This document shows, piece after piece, positions 33,264-41,966 of a stretch of DNA of 41,966 bases (positions within the stretch are counted from its first letter, which is position 1; each line of letters opens with the position of its first letter). Made by a program: the position numbers and the translations under genes. The stretch spans positions 1 through 41,966 of the IMG/VR virus record IMGVR_UViG_3300043394_000327; one strand, given 5' to 3'. The notes under the pieces are model-generated. The model was not told the DNA's origin. It searched no databases and saw nothing but the letters and a program-made list of their open reading frames with translations. The DNA is from a virus. Its lineage: Duplodnaviria > Caudoviricetes.

Positions 33264-35978
33264 ATGGGTTTATTTGGTTCAACAAAGACAATTATAACTG
33301 TCGCTTCTACTGTTTATAATATGTCTGGAGATTACAATGCTGATGACAAATATTTTAAAGCTATTGTGATTTCAGGTATTTTACAAAATATTTCTGTTGC
33401 TGATACTATTATAGGAAATTTATATAACTGTCCTAAATCAAGATTTACTAAGTTTTTTAATTACGCTTTAAATAATAACTATAAAGGTAATTTAATTACA
33501 AAAATTAATAACCGTAAAAAAGTAGATATAGATGTTATTATAGATTACTTAAATCCAGATTTGGGTACATATGTTGTTATAGAAAAAGCATTTATTGACT
33601 ATGGAGATATAACTTACTGGGCTAATAAACATATATTATTAAATTATCCTAATTTAGTATTAACAGATTGGGTAGCTGAATTAGCTCCTTTAAATCAGAT
33701 ATTAATCACTTATGAAGATACGTCTACTGAACTAATCAATCTTCCTACTAATTATTTATACTCTAACGAGTATTTAATTGCTTATGTAAAATACTATAAC
33801 GAGTCTTATAATGAACCAGAAGAAGAAGGAGCAATAATTGAAGTTGATTTTGAAGATTTACCTGATACTTCTGATTACACTACGATAGATAACGATATAA
33901 CTAATAACTCTGAAAGTTTAACAGAAACTACGACTGTATTAAGAGAATATAGTAATACTACTCCTTCATCTACAACAACTTCATCTACATCTAGTACAGA
34001 AGTATTTACTTCTCATATTAAAACTAAAGAAAAGACAACATATCTTGGTATTATCTCTGGAGAAATAAGACATAATTTAAAAGAAACTTATATAGAGTAT
34101 TTAAATTACAATATAATTGAATCTACTGATGTTGATATAGAAGTAATTAATCATGGGTCATACACAGAAACAATAACAACCACTGTTGTTACAGAAATCT
34201 TTGAACCAGTATATACATATCAAATTAACTCACAGATTACTGTATTATCTGAGTTAATAAATGAAGATATGTTGATTTATAAACTTGGTTCAGGAATTAC
34301 AATATTAGATGCTTTACAAAGCACAAGTACAGACATTACAGAAGATTTATATCCTATTATTCCTTTAAGAATTTATAATACTTCTGTAAAAGATATTCCT
34401 GATTGGTATAACGAAGCTAAACAAGCATATTCAGTAGTAATGGATAAAAACTTTGATAAATTACTAGATAATATCGAAGATAACTCTTCTATTGGAGATA
34501 TTGACTACGCATATATCCACTTTGGATTTCCGTTAAATACAGAAAGTAAAGATGAAAAGTTATACATATATGAGTTTTTTAAAAATTTAATTAATTATCA
34601 AGAAAGCACAAGAGAAGAATACTTAGATTGGTTAAATGAGATTTATGCAAATAAAGTCTTTATAGATGATTATGTAGAGTGGTTTACAGCACAATCAAAC
34701 CCTTCTGATCCTTTGTTTGGTTCAAGTCCACCATTATTAAATGGAACTTTAGGAAGTAAAGTTGTAAAACCTTCTGAATCCGTATTAGAGTTTAGAACTA
34801 ATAACTTAGATATTGAAGATATTACTACTGATAACTTTGATATAAGAATTTCTTGGAGTAACATACAAGAAGATATTTACACTGGTCTGGGTAAAATCGG
34901 AGCTACTAAAGGAGATATTTGGTTTAGCACGACTCCTCCTCCTGAAAATATTGACTTTACTACTTTACATGCAAGTTCTGTCGAAACATTCACAGAAATA
35001 GTAAGACTAGGGTTATTTATTTATGATCCAGTAAATATGTTAAAAGACGGTCATATTTACTTGTATCACCAAATAGAAAACTTCTCTTATAAGGTTTTAT
35101 CAATAGCAGGGCTAGCACATAGAAATTATATATACAGAAGTTATTATAATGTAGGTATTACAGGCAAAGAAGCTATTGAAGATACCGAACCAAGTGGTTT
35201 TATTATACCATTAAGTAAGTACGTTTTAAATCAAGTGTCTTGGGTCGTAGGTAATGAAATATGTATAAGAGCAGGGAATTTAATATTTAACTCATGGCAA
35301 TCAAGAAAAACAAGATGGTATCCAGGTTCAGTATTTAAAGTACTTGTTATTGTTATTTCAATAATTATAGCTGTTATTGTAACTATTGTTACTGGTGGAG
35401 CAGGATCAGGACCAGTAGGAGGACTTTCAGCAAGTATTGTCGCCGCTTTAGGAGTTGCAGGAACTACAGCGTTAATCTTAACAGCAATATTAACAGTAGC
35501 TATTAATATGGTTATAGGAATGATTATTTCTGCTATATTAACGAGAATATTTACACCTATTATTGGAGCAAGATATGCAAAATTAGTATCAGCAGTTGCT
35601 ACAATGATTATTATGGGAGGAATAAACACAGGTTTTGATGCAACTGCAATGGAAGGATTACTTTTAAGAGCAGATAGTTTAATATTACTAGGTTTATCTG
35701 TTACTAATACAGTTATTGAAGAGGTAGACAATGTTCAAGAACTTTCTAGTGAAGTTAAAGCATTAGAAGATAGAAATAAAAAACAAGAAAAACTTATTAG
35801 AGAGAACAATGAATTATTAGGGATAGATAGAGCAGATGATTTAATTAATAAGGTATTAGAGCAACTTACATTAGAAGAAACCCCTGGTGAGTTCTTATCT
35901 AGGACATTAATGAGAAGTGATGACATTATACGCTTATCTATGGACGCAATAAATAGATTTACAGAGATAGTTTTGTAA
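33264..35978 (+). CDS. N4 gp53-like large virion protein
   Basis: MGLF....VASTVYN..G, IPLR, DN.S.GDIDYAYI.FG..LN, hydrophobic C-terminal region, ETP.EFL.RTLM. Confidence 0.85.
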   Translation: MGLFGSTKTIITVASTVYNMSGDYNADDKYFKAIVISGILQNISVADTIIGNLYNCPKSRFTKFFNYALNNNYKGNLITKINNRKKVDIDVIIDYLNPDLGTYVVIEKAFIDYGDITYWANKHILLNYPNLVLTDWVAELAPLNQILITYEDTSTELINLPTNYLYSNEYLIAYVKYYNESYNEPEEEGAIIEVDFEDLPDTSDYTTIDNDITNNSESLTETTTVLREYSNTTPSSTTTSSTSSTEVFTSHIKTKEKTTYLGIISGEIRHNLKETYIEYLNYNIIESTDVDIEVINHGSYTETITTTVVTEIFEPVYTYQINSQITVLSELINEDMLIYKLGSGITILDALQSTSTDITEDLYPIIPLRIYNTSVKDIPDWYNEAKQAYSVVMDKNFDKLLDNIEDNSSIGDIDYAYIHFGFPLNTESKDEKLYIYEFFKNLINYQESTREEYLDWLNEIYANKVFIDDYVEWFTAQSNPSDPLFGSSPPLLNGTLGSKVVKPSESVLEFRTNNLDIEDITTDNFDIRISWSNIQEDIYTGLGKIGATKGDIWFSTTPPPENIDFTTLHASSVETFTEIVRLGLFIYDPVNMLKDGHIYLYHQIENFSYKVLSIAGLAHRNYIYRSYYNVGITGKEAIEDTEPSGFIIPLSKYVLNQVSWVVGNEICIRAGNLIFNSWQSRKTRWYPGSVFKVLVIVISIIIAVIVTIVTGGAGSGPVGGLSASIVAALGVAGTTALILTAILTVAINMVIGMIISAILTRIFTPIIGARYAKLVSAVATMIIMGGINTGFDATAMEGLLLRADSLILLGLSVTNTVIEEVDNVQELSSEVKALEDRNKKQEKLIRENNELLGIDRADDLINKVLEQLTLEETPGEFLSRTLMRSDDIIRLSMDAINRFTEIVL

Positions 35979-36012
35979 TGTATATATTAATAATAAATAT
36001 TGGAGATAAATT

Positions 36013-36498
36013 ATGGATTTTATGAGTTGGTTTGATAGTTTTTTGAGTAGTAACCCTAACTCAACTAATTATAATTTTGGTGGTTCAGGTCCTACAGGTA
36101 ATTTATCTTTAAATGGTTTTATACCAAACAGTAATCAAGGAAGTACTATACAAACCTACAACACTGGTTTATCAGGTATTCCTAATGTAAATACAGGAGC
36201 TTCTAATTCTTGGTTTTCAGGTTCTGGTGTGTTCAGTGGAGATAAAGGTGGAGGTTTAGAAGGTCTTGGAGGTATTGGAGGTATTGCTGATATTCTTGCA
36301 GGATTAGGTAATGCTTGGAATGGATTTCAACAACAAAAATTAGCTAAAAAAGATTTAAACTTTCAAAAAGATGCTTTTAACAGAACTTTTGCTAATAATA
36401 ATAAAGTTTATAATCAAAATATGGAAGATGTCTTAAGAGCAAGATCAGCTCAAACAGGACAAAATTATGATAAAGTTATAGCAGAAAGAAGATTATAA
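36013..36498 (+). CDS. N4 gp52-like glycine-rich virion/ejection protein
   Basis: Gly-rich N-terminus, then Q.KLAK..LNFQK..F...YN..MED..RAR. Confidence 0.75.
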   Translation: MDFMSWFDSFLSSNPNSTNYNFGGSGPTGNLSLNGFIPNSNQGSTIQTYNTGLSGIPNVNTGASNSWFSGSGVFSGDKGGGLEGLGGIGGIADILAGLGNAWNGFQQQKLAKKDLNFQKDAFNRTFANNNKVYNQNMEDVLRARSAQTGQNYDKVIAERRL

Positions 36499-36499
36499 T

Positions 36500-38179
36500 A
36501 TGGCAACATTTCCTACGTATAAAAATGTAACTGCTCCAGATTTATCTAATTTAATTACTTTACAATCTCAAGGAACTCGTAATGCTTTTAATAGTTTAGC
36601 TGATATTGGTAATACTATTCAAAATATTCAACAAAAGAATATAGATAGAGATAATAGAAATTTATTAGCTCAAGGAATGTTAGCTAAACTAAATCAAGAT
36701 ACAAATGCAGTAAAAAATGTATTTGATCAGGCAGTAAATGATCCAAAAGTTCCTGTTAATTTATTAACAACTTTAGGTAATAATGTTCAAAAAAATATTG
36801 ATAATGATAGGCTTATTAACGAACAAAAGTTAGCACGTCAATTAACTCAAGGTCCTAATGCATATGACAACATTGTTTTGGATAAGTATTTATCAGAGAA
36901 TAATTTACCAGTTCCTAAAAATCTTTTTGAAAACTATCTTAATGAAAGTACTGAAATAAGTAATGCTCTGGCAAATTATCAGGATCAAAGAAAAGTTAGT
37001 CAAGCAACTGATACTAATGATCCTGAGGAATCTCAAAGAAATCTTAATTCATTAGATGTGCGTGGCTTTAATACTCCTAATATAATTAAATTGTTTGGTA
37101 AAAAACAGGAAGAAGTAGATGAAAAAGTACGAACACAAAATACAAAGTTAAAAACTACTGAGTTAGATTCTAATAAAGATGCGTACTTTAACAGTAACTC
37201 TCCTGTATTTAAACCTCTAGTACTTAATTCTGGGAATGAACAAGATGCTATAGGTCAAATAACAACTGATTTTAAAGAAAGAGAAAATAAAGCAGTAGCG
37301 GAAATAAATAACGCTGATATTTCTCTTGTAGATAGACAAAAACGTCTTATGGATTTAAAAGAAACAAGTGCTAAATATAGAAAAGAACAGCTTACAGATT
37401 ATGTTAGTAAAGGTATTATCGATCCGACAAATACTAAAAATTTAGATTTATTTAAAGGAGTTTTCAGTTCTGATGAAATACCAAATTTAGTTAATGGGTA
37501 TAATACAAAGAACTTTGATTTTAATCAAAACGTTAAGTCAAGTGATCCTGCGTATGCTCCATTAGCTATCGCTAAAAGTGCTATAGATAAATATAAAGTA
37601 TTTGAGGAAAAAGGTAAAAGTAGTTTTAACTCTGTATTAGGAGAAGCATTAAAAAATAAAACAGCTTTTGAAACTGGTACTGAAGGTGGAGCAATTGAAG
37701 TTTTTAGAAGTAAGTGGATAGGACTTATTGGAAAAGACGAGATTATTGATACCATTGAAAATATAAGAGATGAGTTAGGAGAAAATAACAGAGATTTGTT
37801 AAACACACCTGAAATTTTATCTATTATGGATAGACTGGTAGAATCACAATATTCAGTTCTACCAGGTGAAGCAAGGGTTAGGCTTAGTGATTGGTTTACG
37901 TCAAATAACACACTTAAAAACGGCTTAGCAAACATCACACCTGAAAAAAAAGTAAAAGTTGCTTCAGAATATGAAACTAAACAATTAACAAATGTTACTA
38001 TACAAAAGAAAACACAACTTTTACAAAATTTACGAAAACAATACTTAGATCCAACTAATCCTATCAACAAAGAAGTTATTTTAAATAGAATAAGAGAAGT
38101 AAGCGATACATTAAATGAAATACTTTTAACATATAACAGTAGAAAAGAATTATCAGTAAATGAGATAGGAAATAACTAA
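36500..38179 (+). CDS. N4 gp51-position virion/ejection protein
   Basis: MA..T(Y/W).NV.APD N-terminus; located between the gp52-like gene and vRNAP. Confidence 0.7.
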   Translation: MATFPTYKNVTAPDLSNLITLQSQGTRNAFNSLADIGNTIQNIQQKNIDRDNRNLLAQGMLAKLNQDTNAVKNVFDQAVNDPKVPVNLLTTLGNNVQKNIDNDRLINEQKLARQLTQGPNAYDNIVLDKYLSENNLPVPKNLFENYLNESTEISNALANYQDQRKVSQATDTNDPEESQRNLNSLDVRGFNTPNIIKLFGKKQEEVDEKVRTQNTKLKTTELDSNKDAYFNSNSPVFKPLVLNSGNEQDAIGQITTDFKERENKAVAEINNADISLVDRQKRLMDLKETSAKYRKEQLTDYVSKGIIDPTNTKNLDLFKGVFSSDEIPNLVNGYNTKNFDFNQNVKSSDPAYAPLAIAKSAIDKYKVFEEKGKSSFNSVLGEALKNKTAFETGTEGGAIEVFRSKWIGLIGKDEIIDTIENIRDELGENNRDLLNTPEILSIMDRLVESQYSVLPGEARVRLSDWFTSNNTLKNGLANITPEKKVKVASEYETKQLTNVTIQKKTQLLQNLRKQYLDPTNPINKEVILNRIREVSDTLNEILLTYNSRKELSVNEIGNN

Positions 38180-38181
38180 TA

Positions 38182-41100
38182 ATGGTTGATAATAATAATA
38201 ATTTAATTAAAAAAGTTCTTAGTGAAAAAGAAATTTCAGAAAAAGTTGCATTAAATAGAAAAGCAAATGTTTCTTTAGATACTGATGTTCCTAATGACTT
38301 ATACGATCCTAAAGTTTTTTTTGAACAAACAGGGCTTAATCTTACTGATGTTTTAGGAGGAAATCCTAAAGTAGAACGTGATTATAATAATCCTAGAAGT
38401 TCATTAGAATTTGCGGAAGATTCTACTAACCTTGTTGGACAAACACTTGCTAATATGTTTTTAGGTACATTAAATTTTGGTACAAAAACACTGTATGATC
38501 CAAAAGGAACTCTTGAAAATGTAGTAACAGGAGCATATAATTTACTGCCAGGAAAAGAGGTTAATTTACCAGAATCTTCAATTCCTAACTTAGGTTTAAA
38601 GATTTTAGATCCTAACTATGAATTACCTACTTTTTTAAATAATGCTAAAGAAAAAGTTAATAATTTTTTTGATAGTAATTACTCTAGTAAGACAGGTGCT
38701 AGAAAAGCTATAACAGAAGATATTCTTAATCAAAGACTGATTTATAATAATGATCAGTACCAAAAAGATATAGAATCAGGAACTAACCCTACGTATGCGA
38801 AAATATCTCTGAAAGGTAAAAATTTGATAGCTGGAGCTAAATATATGATAGAAGATCCAGATAATTTAATTGATACAGCAATATCAGGAGTTTCTTCTAT
38901 AGTAGGTGCTAATATTTTAGTTAAAGGTGCTAATAAACTTGCACAAAAAACAACTCAAACTGTTGCTGATAAACTTAAAAATACTACGATTGCGTCAGCA
39001 ATAACAGAAGCTGGACTTACTGGAGAAGAAATACAAAGAGAGATATTAAACACATTTGATTTCTCTAACTCAAAAAGATTTAAAGAATTATTAGAAAATA
39101 ATAAAACTCCTGAACAAGCAAAAAAGATATTAGCTAGTGAAGTGTCAGTATTATCTGCATTCACAAATATTCCAATCAACCTAGTCATACAAAAGTTTAG
39201 TAAAAACGTTGATGCTCTTTTACCTCAAAAATATTTAGTAGATATGACTAAAGAAGGTATTGAAGAAGCAGTACAAAATACTCTAAATCAATTTACAAAA
39301 AACACAGCTATACAAAAAAATGTAAATCCAGACGTTAATTTATTTAGTAATTTAGATGTAAGTGCTGGACAGGGATTAGCAGGAGGTGTTGTAACAGCAG
39401 GTGGATTAGGACTTCCTAGTGCAACTGGTAGAGCTTTTGAGTCAGCAGCTACAGCACAAGCAAACCTTAGTGATGCTAGAGATCCTAATGGAGAAAAAGC
39501 AACTAATAATGCTATTAACTCTTTAAATACTTTAGCTACTACATCTGTTGAACCAACACAAAATAAGACTTATACTGGTAGTGAATTTTCTAAATCCTTG
39601 TTTGGTAGTGAAGGTGGTAAACCTGACTCAGATAATAACTTAAAAGGGTATTCTCGTGGTATTGGATCAATACAGTTTATTGCTAATAGATTACAAGCAT
39701 TAAAACCTAAGTTAAATGGTTTAGTAACTGATGATGATTTTATTAAAGTTAAAGAAGAAAATGGTAAAGACGGTTATCGTTATACAGATCAATTTATTAA
39801 AAGATTTAAAAATAATGAAGATGGAATACAAGATTTAGCTAATGAAGTTCAGTATAAAACATTAGATGAAGAAACTAAACCTTATGAAAAATATATAGGT
39901 CAAACTATTCAAGGAGTTAAAGTAACTAAGTCTGGATTAATGGCTTCTGCACATTTAGGTGGAGTTGGAGGATTAAAAAACTTTTTAACTGGTAAAAGTA
40001 ATGCTAAAGATGCTAATAATACATCTATTGCAGAATATATGCAAAAACATGGTAATAAAGATATATATAACGGTAGTTCTTTACAGACTATTATAAATCC
40101 ACAAACTAATGAAGTTAGCGGAGATATAACTACATCTAATGAACCAATAGCTCAATCTACAAAACAAACTGAAAAAACTGTATTAACTCCTGTAGAAAAA
40201 CAACAAAATGTGCTACAAGTTACATCAAAAGAAGATAAAGATGATCAATTTATTGTTAATTTACCTGAAAAAATAAAAACTACAGTTAATTCTTCACAGA
40301 GTAAACCAGAAGTAGTTAAAAAGTTAGTTACAGACATTAAATCTAATGTTTACACAGATGTAAAAGAATCTAACTCTGCTAAATTATTAGCAGTATCAGA
40401 ATATGATAATTTAGTTAATTATGTTGCAGAAGCAGAAGATAATGAAACTACTAATGCAATTAAAACTGTTATAGCAAATACATCTAAAGATATTAAAACA
40501 ATACGAGAATCTATTGAATTTCCAGATGATTTTTCATTAAATCATGCAGATTTTGATACAACATTTAAATTTGCTAAAGTTAGTCCAAGTAAAGTAAGTA
40601 TTAACTATCTTAATAAACTATTTGATGGTTCAAACGAATCTAATGAGTTTTTAGGAACAATGAAAACTAAAAAAGTTGAAACATTAAAAAATTTACATGA
40701 ACAAAATACAATTATTAACGATAACTTATTAATTCCAAGTAAAGGTACTGATCCAAAAAATACTGCTAGAGTTTCTCAAGAAATAAGAGATACTGGATTT
40801 AATGACGATCAGTTTGTTAAAAAGTCTTTAAATAAACATTTAAATGATTTTAATATTATTAATTCTGGCGGTGTAGTTTTAAATGAACAAAATCAACCAA
40901 TTAATTTTGAAGAAACAGTACAAGGAATACAAAACTTTGCACAACACATGAAAGGTAAAGCAGAAGCTATAATTGAATCAGGACAAAAGTATTTAAAATA
41001 TAAAGAACAAAACCCTAATCAAGAACCAACAGATGATGAAATGAGAGTAAAATATCCTGTTTGGACAGGAAAAGAGTGGTACAGTGCAGAAGAAACAAAA

Positions 41101-41966
41101 AATAAAGGTATTTTTCATAAACAAGGTAAAAGTAAAGACTTTTTAGAAGGTTTAGTAAACAATACAATGGTGTTTTCTGATGCTTATAGAACAATTAGAA
41201 CATACAATTCTATAGCTAAAAAATATAATAAAACTAATAAAGAAAATCAATTAGAATACATAACATTACCTGATGCACCTAAAGATATTAAAAATTATTC
41301 TAACAAATTAAATAAATCATTTTCTGAACAACAAAAAGATGAAGTAAATTACTATTCTGGTTCAGACAGCAATATCCGTAAAACTCAAAAATTCATTGAT
41401 CCAACACTTAAAAAAGAATCTGGAGAGAAAGATACTAAAAAAGAAACTAAGCCTGTAGAAGCTAAAAAAACAAGTGTTAAAAAAGATTCTAAACCTAAAG
41501 ATACTGAACCAACAAAACAAAAAGAAGTTGTTGAAGATGTTATTGATGAAAGTAGTTCTGTCCCTACTACAAAAGAAGATTTAACAGATAAATCTGATCT
41601 AGAAAAAGAAGTTACTGTTCCTGATGTAGTTGACTCTAATGTTAATGATGTTAAGCAAGAAACAAAATTAGTAGCTAAAGTAGATGAAGATACTACTAAA
41701 TTAGATACTAATTTTGATGTTTTAAATCCTAGTTTTAAAAGAAAAATTACATATAAAGATGTAGTTTATGAAAGTATTTATGACATTTATAGAACTTATT
41801 TATTAGGAAATGGTAAATTTAATAAAAAATACTATGGTTTAGAATCTAACACAAAAGAAATTAATAAAAAATTTAAAGATTCAAATAAAAAAATTGATGC
41901 TAAAGATCCTAATTTATCTGAAAAAAATAAAGAATTATTATCTCGTAGATCAGATATTTTATTTAA
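38182..41966 (+). CDS. virion-encapsidated RNA polymerase (N4 gp50-like), N-terminal ~1260 aa, truncated by the window end
   Basis: ATG at 38182; no terminated ORF is listed for this frame and the sampled segments read open. EEAVQ...Q...N.AIQ.NV and NFAQHMKGK resemble recalled N4 vRNAP segments; synteny fits. Catalytic motifs are not visible in the window. Confidence 0.85.
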   Translation, partial: MVDNNNNLIKKVLSEKEISEKVALNRKANVSLDTDVPNDLYDPKVFFEQTGLNLTDVLGGNPKVERDYNNPRSSLEFAEDSTNLVGQTLANMFLGTLNFGTKTLYDPKGTLENVVTGAYNLLPGKEVNLPESSIPNLGLKILDPNYELPTFLNNAKEKVNNFFDSNYSSKTGARKAITEDILNQRLIYNNDQYQKDIESGTNPTYAKISLKGKNLIAGAKYMIEDPDNLIDTAISGVSSIVGANILVKGANKLAQKTTQTVADKLKNTTIASAITEAGLTGEEIQREILNTFDFSNSKRFKELLENNKTPEQAKKILASEVSVLSAFTNIPINLVIQKFSKNVDALLPQKYLVDMTKEGIEEAVQNTLNQFTKNTAIQKNVNPDVNLFSNLDVSAGQGLAGGVVTAGGLGLPSATGRAFESAATAQANLSDARDPNGEKATNNAINSLNTLATTSVEPTQNKTYTGSEFSKSLFGSEGGKPDSDNNLKGYSRGIGSIQFIANRLQALKPKLNGLVTDDDFIKVKEENGKDGYRYTDQFIKRFKNNEDGIQDLANEVQYKTLDEETKPYEKYIGQTIQGVKVTKSGLMASAHLGGVGGLKNFLTGKSNAKDANNTSIAEYMQKHGNKDIYNGSSLQTIINPQTNEVSGDITTSNEPIAQSTKQTEKTVLTPVEKQQNVLQVTSKEDKDDQFIVNLPEKIKTTVNSSQSKPEVVKKLVTDIKSNVYTDVKESNSAKLLAVSEYDNLVNYVAEAEDNETTNAIKTVIANTSKDIKTIRESIEFPDDFSLNHADFDTTFKFAKVSPSKVSINYLNKLFDGSNESNEFLGTMKTKKVETLKNLHEQNTIINDNLLIPSKGTDPKNTARVSQEIRDTGFNDDQFVKKSLNKHLNDFNIINSGGVVLNEQNQPINFEETVQGIQNFAQHMKGKAEAIIESGQKYLKYKEQNPNQEPTDDEMRVKYPVWTGKEWYSAEETKNKGIFHKQGKSKDFLEGLVNNTMVFSDAYRTIRTYNSIAKKYNKTNKENQLEYITLPDAPKDIKNYSNKLNKSFSEQQKDEVNYYSGSDSNIRKTQKFIDPTLKKESGEKDTKKETKPVEAKKTSVKKDSKPKDTEPTKQKEVVEDVIDESSSVPTTKEDLTDKSDLEKEVTVPDVVDSNVNDVKQETKLVAKVDEDTTKLDTNFDVLNPSFKRKITYKDVVYESIYDIYRTYLLGNGKFNKKYYGLESNTKEINKKFKDSNKKIDAKDPNLSEKNKELLSRRSDILF

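Noticed and set aside
22845-39188. Minus-strand ORFs within the late region (e.g. 22845-23072, 24009-24377, 35231-35731, 37525-38070, 38955-39188) and the alternate-frame ORF 30593-30850
   Set aside because: Overlap conserved structural genes; no RBS or motif support

Overview
This window is a fragment of a very AT-rich (by eye under 30% GC) N4-like phage genome (Schitoviridae type), with two divergent arms. The left arm (1-17.7 kb, minus strand) is the early/middle region: N4 gp1- and gp2-like genes, the two-subunit T7-type RNA polymerase II, a MoxR AAA ATPase with a vWA/metallopeptidase partner, dCTP deaminase, RuvC-like resolvase, TerD, DUF3310, an XRE HTH protein and many small accessory ORFs separated by intrinsic terminators. 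The right arm (18.4 kb to the end, plus strand) is the late region: terminase, adaptor, lysis cassette, SGNH-esterase tailspike, portal, major capsid protein, gp55-gp51-like virion proteins and the start of the giant virion RNA polymerase, which runs off the window. The junction at 17.7-18.4 kb probably corresponds to the genome termini. The most notable observations are a lysozyme/SLT-like domain inside the N-terminal part of the virion RNAP, a PhaR-like regulator between the two RNAP II subunit genes, a 58-aa ORF that looks like ThyX with its core deleted, several +1 homopolymer frameshifts and in-frame stops confined to accessory genes, and a RuvC resembling that of Wolbachia phage WO. All family assignments come from motif recognition and recalled sequences; no database searches were run.
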